Shown: positions 50,949 through 60,571 of the stretch, piece by piece
Layout of the letters: every line of letters starts with the position of its first letter
How positions within the stretch are numbered: position 1 is the stretch's first letter
IMG/VR virus record: IMGVR_UViG_3300037501_000111
Coordinates: 256,001 to 320,000 of that record
Direction: 5' to 3' (one strand)
Length of the DNA stretch: 64,000 bases
Source of the DNA: a virus
Taxonomy: Duplodnaviria > Caudoviricetes
Made by a program: the position numbers and the translations under genes
The notes under the pieces: generated by a model
What the model was told of the DNA's origin: nothing
Databases searched by the model: none
The model's input: the letters and a program-made list of their open reading frames with translations, nothing else

Positions 50949-51541
50949 CTCATGAAAACATATAACTTTTCTTTTATTGATGGATGTCCTGGCGATCTAG
51001 ACATTCTCTATGAACAATTGACAATGGTTTACAAAAAGCAGGAGCAACGAACCGTTAAGGAAGCTGGCGAATTCTTCAAGAAGGTCCAGCAGGATGCCGA
51101 GAAGTACAAGTCCATTCCTGACAAGGATCTGGGCGGCAAGATCAAGAAGGCGCTGGCGAAGTAGTAAAGCACATTCAAGAGAAGACTGGCGGCAATGGAT
51201 AGTCCCAAAGAATTTATCCAATATATGGAGTCTTTTGGATGATGAGCAGTATGATGCTCTTGCTCAGGAGCGTATCCAGCGCTTGAATCCAGAGCAACAA
51301 GTCATTGCTTAAGATCGTGAAGTTAAGCGTCATGAACGAGCTAAACTCTATATTAAACTACTGTATCAGTATCCTGATGTTCAAGAGATTGTCTTTGATG
51401 CACTTAGGGACATGGACGGGTATGAGTGTAAGCACGGACGTAACTACGTCAAACATTGCATTGCCTGTGGTGAGATAGACCATCTGATGTTCCCCGAACT
51501 ATTCGATGCGGATGGTTTCCGTAAAGATGAATCGGAATAGA

Positions 51542-52198
51542 TTACTGAACTTCAGTTTCTTTCCATGGAATATCGGATAGCCCTGCATTGTTGGTTGTCT
51601 TCTGACTGTTAGTACAATCTACCTGACAACCAAATTCATTGCAGAATGCCTGTAATTCGGGACAGCATATGTATGGAGAGCTTTCTCCAACACTAGGATG
51701 CATCACTGATTCATATGGCCCCTCGTAATGAGAGATGCCATTAAAATTCAGATTGAAGGCATGACCTAGTTCGTGTAGCATAACTCTACGAAATAACTCT
51801 CCATCAATAGATGGGCGTATAAATGTGTATGCAGAATGATCTTGGGCAGACCAAGTAGTCCAACCTAGATAACAGGGTCCCGGATCTCTTACATAAATCT
51901 TTATAGTATGAGAATCTAAGCTTGGTGGGTCCTGAGACATATCCACAAAAGATAATTTATAGGATAAAGTTTGGTTTGTTTTGTCTGCCCATTCATTCAA
52001 GGCTGTTAGAATAGCTACTTTGTGTCCCTCTTGTAAATGCTCATCTGCTAGAACTGTGTAATAAGATTGAGTATTTACGGCAGGAGTAACTGGAGAACAG
52101 GGACAATCTGTCTCATTCTCATCATAACTTCCTCCACAAGCCGGCAGTAAACAAATAATAAAAGACAATAAAACCAATACAAACATAGGAGATTTCAT
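51542..52198 (-). CDS. Matrixin-like metalloprotease, probable lipoprotein
   Basis: Leader ending LPAC; HELGHAFNL, H, SVMHP Met-turn. Confidence 0.85.
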   Translation of the reverse strand: MKSPMFVLVLLSFIICLLPACGGSYDENETDCPCSPVTPAVNTQSYYTVLADEHLQEGHKVAILTALNEWADKTNQTLSYKLSFVDMSQDPPSLDSHTIKIYVRDPGPCYLGWTTWSAQDHSAYTFIRPSIDGELFRRVMLHELGHAFNLNFNGISHYEGPYESVMHPSVGESSPYICCPELQAFCNEFGCQVDCTNSQKTTNNAGLSDIPWKETEVQ

Positions 52199-52253
52199 TG
52201 GGTACCTATTGAATATAGGAAATGATGCCTAGTGTATTGGTATAGTTAAGCGT

Positions 52254-52973
52254 ATGTCAGCGACATCAGCAATCCTAAATAAAATCAAGTTACTTCTCAA
52301 TCTTGCTAAATCTCCTAATCCGAATGAGGCCGAGAATGCACGAGCAATGGCTGATAAGCTTATTGCTAAGCATGGTATTACCGAAGAGGATTTAACCTCC
52401 TTAGAGCCAAAAGAATTCTATGGAGAAAAAGATAAACTATTCTCTACTACTGGTGTGGTAAGTTGGAAGCAGCAGTTAGCAGTTGCAATTGCTCACTACT
52501 TTGACTGTCAGATTGTGCAAGAAGAATTAATTCCAGCAGAGGGGTCACATCAATATGTTCACTTTGTTTACGGCGATGATGACCAAGTAAAAGATACACA
52601 ATTTGTCTACCACGCTTTCTGTAAAAAAATAGATAATTTAGTAGATATCAAATGTGTAGGTCGAGGCTCCATATATGTTGAATCATATTGTGAGGGAGTG
52701 GTCGAGAGTATTAAATGGAATATTCAAATGTATGGTATTGAAGTTCCTGAGGTAAGGAAAGCAATTAAAGAGGAAGAAAAAGCTTCTCCACCAACCTCTC
52801 AATCAATAACTAAATCTGATAATGAAAAAGAACGGCCTACCGAAAACAGAATAAATATCAGTGGGCAAACCTTTATTAAAGATGTTATGGCCTATTTCAA
52901 AGGAGTAGATGATGGAAAGAATCTATCTCTACAAGACATACTTGAGCTAGAAAGCAAGAATCAAAACAAATAG
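52254..52973 (+). CDS. DUF2786-like domain protein
   Basis: KIKLLLNLAKSPNPNEAENARAMADKLIAKHGI, W-x-x-QLA-x-x-IA-x-x-F-x-C. Confidence 0.75.
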   Translation: MSATSAILNKIKLLLNLAKSPNPNEAENARAMADKLIAKHGITEEDLTSLEPKEFYGEKDKLFSTTGVVSWKQQLAVAIAHYFDCQIVQEELIPAEGSHQYVHFVYGDDDQVKDTQFVYHAFCKKIDNLVDIKCVGRGSIYVESYCEGVVESIKWNIQMYGIEVPEVRKAIKEEEKASPPTSQSITKSDNEKERPTENRINISGQTFIKDVMAYFKGVDDGKNLSLQDILELESKNQNK

Positions 52974-53008
52974 AATGAGGGCTCCCATTCACGGGCACGC
53001 GAACACAC

Positions 53009-53242
53009 ATGGAATATAGATTATTTAATACGGGCGATCAAATCTGGACAAATAAAGGTCGTACTGTTAAATTTATTACACATGATGGTATGGCTTGGGA
53101 AGAGGGACAGGACAAAGTTTCCCGAGTTAATAGAATGTATTAGATGCATTCAGATGGCGGCCAAACTTGGTATGGTCAGCGTTACGGCCTATGGCAAGTA
53201 ATTAAAGTAATCTCTGCTGATGGTAGAGTTTGGTCGGAATAA
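53009..53242 (+). CDS. Small hypothetical protein with an internal TAG
   Basis: Follows the motif at 52982; in-frame TAG at 53141 between protein-like halves. Confidence 0.4.
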
Positions 53243-53502
53243 AATTCAGTTGTTACAGAGCTAGATGGCGCTGAGAAAGGTATCCACCAAATTACAACAT
53301 TCTGCACCAAACTAATCTTAAAAATTCTCAAATGACTAGGAGCCTATCATTGGAGCGAAAGCTCTAATGATGGTGGAGGCGCCTGGGTACGTGTCCAGGT
53401 TGCCCTTGGTTTACCAGTTTATATCCATAAAAACTGGTTTAATTTTTTGTCTTGCAACAGTCATATTTGAGGTTACAATATATGGTGGAGGAGTACACCA
53501 CC

Positions 53503-54373
53503 ATGAAATTATCATCAATAATCGGCGCTACAATTCTTTTCATTTCTGCTGTAGCGCTAGCACACGATCTAACATATTTAGGTCCAATCAAAGCAAACGA
53601 AACTAAAAATGTGAAGGTTGAATTACCGGCTGGCAAGCTAGCTATTGAGGTATTTTCTTCTTCCCCAGAAACTAAATTCAATTGCCAATTCCAATCAGGA
53701 TATGGTGGAGTTGTATTCGAACAAACGAACACACCCAGGTGTGTGGGTAAGGTTGTGATACAATCTGATAATAGCATGATTGTATCTGTAAAGAATCTCG
53801 GTAAAGATTCTGATTATAAAATATGGGTACATGATCAATGATGACTGATGAAGAATGGGCTGTTCTCAAAATCAAAATTGAGAAGGATTTCATCCTTCGT
53901 TTGCAACTAGCTGAGCTAGCCGGTCGCCCCAAAATCAACATTAAAAACTACAAAGCTTTAGAAGCTTTTGATGATTCAATTCCTGAACTATTTTTAGAGG
54001 TTTGTCTTAATAAACCAGAAAATGTTCAGGTAGCATTGGAATTAGTAAAACAAGTGAGGTAACAATGGGTGCCAGTCTTTTCTTTACATCTGCTTCCGGT
54101 TCTTCGGCAAAAGAGGCTTTTAGAGATGCAGTTAGAAATGCTGCATATGAGAGTGGGCATGGTGGATATACCGGGACCATTGCCGAAAAGAATGAGTTTG
54201 TGTTGTGTAGCCTCACAGTTTATTCCTCTTTTGATGAGGCTTATGATTTCGCCAGTCAACTCATTGACAATGATGATAAGAGAGTAAGCGATAAGTGGGG
54301 GCCGGCAGGCTGTGTAAAGTTTATGGATAATGATAAAGAGTTATACTTGTTCTTTGGATGGGCGAGCGACTAA
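53503..54373 (+). CDS. Secreted beta-rich protein (53503-53841) and two hypotheticals (53838-54062, 54065-54373)
   Basis: Signal peptide MKLSSIIGATILFISAVALA; packed ORFs. Confidence 0.6.
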
Positions 54374-54375
54374 CC

Positions 54376-54987
54376 ATGATTACATTCGGACTGACTGGTG
54401 GTATTGCGTGCGGTAAAAGTACCGTTACTAAAACATTTAGAGCTGCGGGTATCCCAATGGTAGATGCCGATCTTGTCGCTCGCCAGGTTGTAGAGCCGGG
54501 TACCGCTGGTTTGAATTCTGTTATCAATGCATTTGGTACAGATTTTCTTAAGTCTGATGGTACTCTGAATCGTATTGCTTTGGGGGCGCTTATCTTCGCT
54601 AATGAGGAGGCGCGTCATCTAATTAATAAAATTATGTATCCTCTGATCAGCGAGGAATCGGCCGCGCAAATTAAAAAATTGCACGATGCTGGTGAGGTAC
54701 TGGTAGGGTATGATGCTGCCTTGATCTGTGAGATGGGTAATGATAAAAAATACCGCCCGCTAATTGTTGTGCATTGTCCGCGAGTTACACAAGTCGCTCG
54801 CCTTATGTCGCGAAATTCGTTGACACGCGATGAGGCGATGGCTAGAATTGAAGCTCAGATGCCGGTTGAAGAAAAAATGGCCTTGGCTGATTACCTGATT
54901 GATACTTCGGGTACGATTGAGAATTCAGTTAATCAGACTCAGAAGATTATTGAGAGCCTACAAGATTTAATTCCCAAATCTTTTTAG
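54376..54987 (+). CDS. coaE: Dephospho-CoA kinase
   Basis: FGLTGGIACGKSTV P-loop, VDADLVARQVVEPG, LNRIALG, RLMSRN, RIEAQMP, IDTSGT. Confidence 0.93.
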   Translation: MITFGLTGGIACGKSTVTKTFRAAGIPMVDADLVARQVVEPGTAGLNSVINAFGTDFLKSDGTLNRIALGALIFANEEARHLINKIMYPLISEESAAQIKKLHDAGEVLVGYDAALICEMGNDKKYRPLIVVHCPRVTQVARLMSRNSLTRDEAMARIEAQMPVEEKMALADYLIDTSGTIENSVNQTQKIIESLQDLIPKSF

Positions 54988-55716
54988 ATACTGCTTTGTA
55001 AGATTTCCCAATAGCATTTGCTACTACTTGGAGCGGTTCTCCATAATGATCCTTGAGATATTTTATTTGTTCTTCTGTCCACCATCGAGATGATGGCGTG
55101 TAAAAATCAGAATAAAAAATATCTTTCTTTCGTTTAAGGGCAGAGCCGCCCGAAGCATACATCAAATCACGAATGGCAATAGCTGAATTAGCTTCAGCAT
55201 CTAAAACGTAAGTGATAAACTTACCTTTATTCTTAATTCTAGTTCTACCATGACCAATGATAGTTTTAACATCATCCAAAAAATTAATCGAGCCAGAACA
55301 AATTCCAAACTCGATTGTATTTCTGCGACAAGTAATCCAACCATCTCCATCAAATAGTCCCCTCAAATAATCTCCTAAAAATTGTTGAGGGATATCAAAA
55401 TCTAATCTGATAGTAAAAGTTTTATTTGGAATTACATTGTATTTTTGTAATGATTGAATTAGTTTAACAGAATTAATTCTTAGTCTACAATATTTTCGAT
55501 CCTTCTTTTTAGTAATTTTGATTGGTGCAGTTGGCACAATTTGTTGTTGAATAAATTCTAAACTTCTTTATCTCGCATTTGAAGCTCGATTGACAGAGAA
55601 GTTTGTTGTTTATTAACGCCTCCATCTGCCGAAATAAAACCAAGTATGTAAGCCATTTCATGGCTCCAAGTTTCAAAATAATCCTCTTTTACATCATAAA
55701 TTCTTTTTCTACCCAT
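54947..55716 (-). mobile_element. Free-standing LAGLIDADG homing endonuclease (one-base T-run error near 55560)
   Basis: AYILGFISADG and YLRGLFDGDG; adding one T joins the two track ORFs. Confidence 0.85.
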
Positions 55717-56293
55717 GACCGACTCTAAAATTGAAAAACTTAAAGTTTTGCAAGACCAAGTATCTATTTGTACAAAATGTGATCTCTGTAAAACTCGTAT
55801 ACAAACGGTGTTTGCGAGGGGTAATCCCAATTCATATATAATACTGGTTGGCGAAGCTGCGGGTGAGGAAGAAGATAAATTAGGACTTCCTTTTGTGGGT
55901 AGGTCTGGTAAACTTCTGGATGAAACTATTACTCAGCTTGGGCTTGACCCAACTAAAGATATCTATGTCTGCAATATCATCAAATGCCGACCACCAGGTA
56001 ATAGGCGTCCCGAGGATACAGAAGTAAATTCCTGTATCAGTTATCTGGAAGAACAGATTCAGATTGTATCTCCTAAAGTTATTATAGCTTTAGGAAGTAC
56101 TGCGGTTGATTCTTTGTTACCTGCCAATACATTTGGCATCACGAAGATCCGTGGGAAATTCTTTAAGTACAACAAAGTTCCACTGATTCCTACCTATCAT
56201 CCTAGCTATGTGCTACGCAATGGAAGTAAGGGACCAGTCTATGACGATTTCAAAAGGGATTTGGAATCGGCAATCAACAAATCGAGGGAATAG
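55715..56293 (+). CDS. Family-4 (Fe-S) uracil-DNA glycosylase
   Basis: CTKCDLC, GEAAG-x-x-E, VGRSG, NIIKCRPP-x-NR, TYHPSYV. Confidence 0.92.
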   Translation: MTDSKIEKLKVLQDQVSICTKCDLCKTRIQTVFARGNPNSYIILVGEAAGEEEDKLGLPFVGRSGKLLDETITQLGLDPTKDIYVCNIIKCRPPGNRRPEDTEVNSCISYLEEQIQIVSPKVIIALGSTAVDSLLPANTFGITKIRGKFFKYNKVPLIPTYHPSYVLRNGSKGPVYDDFKRDLESAINKSRE

Positions 56294-56295
56294 AT

Positions 56296-57498
56296 ATGAG
56301 ACTAAAGCAATGGAAAATTGGGGACCGTGTTCAAAAGTTTGAACGAAAAGATGGTAAGGAAGTTATTCATGTAGGCGTAATCAGTGATGTTGTTACTGAA
56401 ACACGCGAGAGGAATAACTATGACCTATATGGTGGTTATGGCTATGATTCCCAGAAGAAAACGACTGAAACTTATGTTAAATCTATCTCTGTTAAATGGG
56501 ATGATGGTACTGAAGAAGTTGGCTTGAACACCTGGGACGTTCAGTCAGAAGACTCTCCGTTGGAGCGCGAGTTTCGTATTAAGGCTGCGGAAGTCATTAG
56601 TATGATTGATGATAAATTATCTATTGCTGCAAAGGCAATTGATGAAGCCGAGGCAATTGCTGAAGAACATGGCATCTCATTCTTTGCTAGCGTGTCTCCG
56701 ATTGGTCAAAGTTATATAGCCGAATCAGCTGATGAAAAATGGCCAGGTATTTCTAAAGAATTTAGAAATGAAGTCACTCATTCATATGGTGAGTACAGTG
56801 GATGGCAACACAGTGACGTATGTTACTAGCATGAAAGTTAGTGAACTAAAGAAATTACTTGCTGATGTTCCTGATGATATGGAAGTAGTTGTGAGTGGTG
56901 GTGATCATTCTTACAATTGTGTGGGTCGTGGTACTGGCATAATTGAAGTTGAATACTTTCCCAAGCATCTGATGACGGCAGATACTAATGAAGTTCAAAA
57001 TTACAGTTGAACATGTCATCAGAGAAGAATATGAGATGGTCTTCGAAGATGAAAACATAATGCGGGCTTTTGATAAAGCCCGCGAGCTAGTGGCCGCCCG
57101 AAACAAAACAGTACGGGCGGGAAAATTTTTTGTTACCAAAATATCAGAAGTAAAGGAAGAATAATATGACTTATCGAGTTCAATATCTCAAGGATCAGAA
57201 TGGTCACTATGTTGGTTGTATTGCTATCAAGGAGAATCTCGCTCACAAAGGAGCTAAGACTATGGTGGTAGAGTATCGAGTCTCTACTGTTAATCCGTCT
57301 GATTCCTTTGATAAGGACGTGGCTCGACAGTTGGCTATTGGTCGGCTCGTGGAAGCTCCTTATACCGTGCGAGTAAAGGCGGGAGCTAATTTGTACGAGA
57401 TTAGCAATGTTATCATGGCAGATATCACTGCTGATTCAACTGCTCCGTCTCGTACTCGTCGAGCAGCTAAGAACTGGCTCCGTAGCAATTCGAAGTAA
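56296..57498 (+). CDS. Hypothetical genes (56296-56829, 57166-57498 and fragments)
   Basis: ORF track. Confidence 0.55.
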
Positions 57499-57580
57499 AC
57501 CTCCCATTCACAGGCCCCGGCAGCCTATAGATACCGGTTCACAAGTAATATAAGACTCATACTCTCTAGGAGAATATACA

Positions 57581-57934
57581 ATGGATAAGCGACAGGCAAT
57601 TCAGCAGCATATCGAAAAGGCTCTCAATGAAATTCGTGTTCAAATCTTTGATAAGGCTGCTGTTCGCATCCTTGCTCTCAAGGATGACGAGAAGGTTCCG
57701 GCAACGAAGTTGGCTGAGGATCTGGGCCGCGAAATCATCCAGGATGATGGTAAGCCTATGACGGGTCCACAGGTGTATCCTACTCTCAAGTTTTTCTTGA
57801 AGGGACTCCCTTGTTTTGAAATTACGCGTGGCGCACATGGTGGTATCAAACCGCTCAAGCAAAACGCAGCTCCCCTTGCACAGCCCGATGCTGATGCGAA
57901 TGATGGGGATTCAAAGACGATCATCCCACAATAA
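57581..57934 (+). CDS. Winged-helix-like protein, distant KGxGGG-family relative
   Basis: AGGAGA RBS; helices followed by FEITRGAHGGIK hairpin. Confidence 0.65.
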   Translation: MDKRQAIQQHIEKALNEIRVQIFDKAAVRILALKDDEKVPATKLAEDLGREIIQDDGKPMTGPQVYPTLKFFLKGLPCFEITRGAHGGIKPLKQNAAPLAQPDADANDGDSKTIIPQ

Positions 57935-58012
57935 TGTGGGATATCCTTGATAGGCTATATAGTATAGCCCTATCATGTTCGTGTGTAACCAAATCCATAT
58001 AGGAGAATTACA

Positions 58013-58363
58013 ATGGATAAGTTTACGAAGCGTGGTACGGATGGTTCGGTTGACGTGACGGCGAGTGCGGCGGCTTATGCTGAAGCACTTACTGAGTGGT
58101 GTGCGGAGAATGAGATTCCCGCTGAGCAAATTGAGGCGGCGGTCAATGCCGTTCTCGATGCGCATGCGGGCAAGCGCATACCTATGCCTGCTTTCTTGAG
58201 CCTTGCGGTTCAGGAATTGGGCGGAACCCCTAAGACCTTTGCGGTCCTCAGTGATCGGGTTCATGCCTATGTCACTGGCCAAGCGAAGGCTGAACAGCTC
58301 TTCGTGGTTAAGGGCAAGGGTGGTGGTGTCACTCGCGAACGTCCGGTGAAGAAGGGCGCGTGA
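58013..58363 (+). CDS. Winged-helix-like family protein (KGxGGG family), copy 3
   Basis: DGSVDVTAS, KRIPMP, FAVLSDRV, LFVVKGKGGG. Confidence 0.8.
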   Translation: MDKFTKRGTDGSVDVTASAAAYAEALTEWCAENEIPAEQIEAAVNAVLDAHAGKRIPMPAFLSLAVQELGGTPKTFAVLSDRVHAYVTGQAKAEQLFVVKGKGGGVTRERPVKKGA

Positions 58364-58468
58364 GCGTTCAATTTGCAGCAAATGCAACCGTGAGTTTGCA
58401 AGTTTAGTAACGGGACCTTCAAGGTTGAAAAAACTTGCACCATACTTATCTTTATTGGAGTAATAGAG

Positions 58469-58810
58469 ATGAATCTCTTGAATGCGCAATTAGGTGATGT
58501 TTTTAGAGTATTTCTTGATGGAGAGGGTAATATTACCTCATCATCTGGTATGAAAACTATGTTGGCTACTGTAATATCCAGTTGGATGCTATGATAGAGG
58601 TGGTGCTGGTAGCATAGAAAATGACTATATTCCCAATCACCATGAGTATAGATGGGGCAAAAGTTACTAGACTGTTACCAGTTGCTGTACAAATTTTTAA
58701 CGGACTAGATGGCTTTCCTTGTAAGAAATGTACAAACTTTTTTCCCACTCTCTGAACCAAATCAAAAAGACGGAACGCTTGTCTGCTGGTCATGCCGGAA
58801 CGGGCGATAA
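58469..58810 (+). CDS. Protein with a C-terminal Zn module (frameshifted)
   Basis: Ends GFPCKKCTNFFPLSEPNQKDGTLVCWSCRNGR. Confidence 0.55.
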
Positions 58811-58834
58811 CAAAACAAGGCATAGGAAAACAAC

Positions 58835-59047
58835 ATGAACATTGAAGACCTAGAAGAGGCCCTGGACGAACTGTTTCCGGAGCGTAACTTCTCAATTGAG
58901 ACTGATAACCACGGACAGATCGTTATCTATACTGGCCTTAAGCAAGAGGACGATGGAGAACTGGTTACTTTTGATGTAGAAGAAGATGAAGACTTCGATC
59001 CTGACACTGAGCCTTTGGAGGACGAAGACCTTGATGACGATGACTAA
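58835..59047 (+). CDS. Small acidic protein
   Basis: AGGA RBS; D/E-rich tail. Confidence 0.7.
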   Translation: MNIEDLEEALDELFPERNFSIETDNHGQIVIYTGLKQEDDGELVTFDVEEDEDFDPDTEPLEDEDLDDDD

Positions 59048-59104
59048 ACTCGTAATCAATCATAATTATTAAGCGATATAGGTCTCTATAAACAGGAGAC
59101 CTAT

Positions 59105-59449
59105 ATGACTAACTCAAATAATTCTGGAAATAATTGTTCATCTCAAGGCCAGAATGGCCAAACATTTACCGTTAACGGAAACTGGGTAACTATTCCAATT
59201 AATACTACTGGCACCGGAAACTGTGCTGGTACTTGGGTAGTGCCTGGCCAAACGTATACAATCACTGTAGGTGGCGGTGGTGGCTATCAAATCTCTTTTG
59301 ATGATATTGATTTAGCAGTGCCAGTCGAAGAAAAGAAAGAAAATTCTGAAGGCTGCACTTGCAAAAAATGTAAAGAATTCTACCAGTACGCCGAACCTAA
59401 CCAAGAAGATGGAACTCTAATCTGCTATGGATGCAGAATGGTGTGGTAA
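59105..59449 (+). CDS. Protein with a C-terminal Zn module
   Basis: Ends GCTCKKCKEFYQYAEPNQEDGTLICYGCRMVW. Confidence 0.75.
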   Translation: MTNSNNSGNNCSSQGQNGQTFTVNGNWVTIPINTTGTGNCAGTWVVPGQTYTITVGGGGGYQISFDDIDLAVPVEEKKENSEGCTCKKCKEFYQYAEPNQEDGTLICYGCRMVW

Positions 59450-59605
59450 ATGAATGCTTTAGAAAGTTTAGAAAAAGAAGTCGCTGATCAGAACGCAGAT
59501 ACGAAAATGATTATTATTACGGGGATGGATCAGATTCTGAACGTAGGGTTAAGGGTATAATCCTTTCATTGACTGAGAAAATTAAGGAAGCAAGTAGAAA
59601 TTATT

Positions 59606-60350
59606 ATGTCGCAAAACACCGATACAACGAGCCAGACCAGCACCAGCGAGGGTGTACTTGCCGAGGTTGCAACTGCATTGCGGGGCTCAGTGGCGGAAGT
59701 TCGGGGACGTCTAGTCAAATCACTGACAGAGCGTGAGCTTGTCAAGCGAGTTGAACTTTTGGAGAAGGGGCTCGCTAAGCGGACCCAGCTCCAAAGTGAA
59801 TTGAACGCAATCAAACCTCCGGTCAAGAAGACCTTTGCTCTGGTTGATGGAAAGATGGTTGAAGTCCAGTCTTTCTATACTCAGGAAGAGGTCAAGAAGC
59901 ATGAGAGTGAAACCAAACAGTACAATAAGAAGCTGAAGGAGGCAACTGAAAAACTTGCCAAATTCGAGAAACTCTTTGATGCCGCCCTTAGTGGTGACCC
60001 CGAGAGGCTAACTGAATCCTTTGCCAAACTGGCTAAGGTTGTTGGCGGCGGTGCTGTGGATGAGGAAGAGAAGAAAGAAGAAGAGTGAGGCAATATACCA
60101 TAGCTAGTCTGTGGTAATCTGCAGCCTAGCTATGGAGTAACTAAGGATACTTACAATGGATATGGATTTCAAAAATCGCATTACAAGAAGCGATTTACAT
60201 GCAGTATCTAATCTAGCAGAAGATACTTGTGCGGAACCTGGTTGTGAAATGACTATTCTAGTCGATAAGGATCTCAAAGAGCAGGATCGTAAATCACGAT
60301 GCATTGCTTGTATGATGCGTAATAAAATTGCATCAGGAAAAATTCTATGA
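59606..60350 (+). CDS. Coiled-coil protein (59606-60088) and small Zn-binding protein (60156-60350)
   Basis: ORF track; heptad-like helices; CAEPGC and CIAC. Confidence 0.6.
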
Positions 60351-60483
60351 GTATCTTACTCTGGTACATCGTACTATCATACCTGGCAGTGGTCGCTTTA
60401 TTTGCGATTGAAACATATCATGCACTGAAGAACGAAGAGTATCATTTGCTCGGATTCGGTATTGTCCTGCTTTTGCTGTCCCC

Positions 60484-60511
60484 TTGACAGCCTGGCATGG
60501 TGTGTTACATT
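60484..60511 (+). promoter_or_regulatory. Sigma70-type promoter upstream of the HNH/tRNA cluster
   Basis: TTGACA-N16-TACATT with an extended -10 TG. Confidence 0.55.
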
Positions 60512-60571
60512 ATCTAGCGCTTAATCTGGCAGAAGCGCTGAAACTTCTCGGCTGTTGATATATTTAGCTGT

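Larger units (their letters stand above)
13940..57513 (+). repeat. Dispersed co-oriented 13-nt motif, consensus CTCCCATTCACGG (31 copies); probable phage early promoter/regulatory site
   Basis: Starts at 13940,14569,15393,15551,15788,15892,16313,16761,17119,17864,18099,18211,18578,19284,19415,20208,20721,22054,22945,24169,25286,26676,29871,31732,33862,36147,38199,42849,44637,52982,57501. Mostly intergenic and all on the + strand. Confidence 0.9.

Noticed and set aside
60515-60545. 5' half of a tRNA split by the HNH gene (D-loop-like AGCGCTT-AATCTGGCAG-AAGCGCT)
   Set aside because: No acceptor 5' strand and no matching 3' half after the HNH; treated as a simple hairpin.
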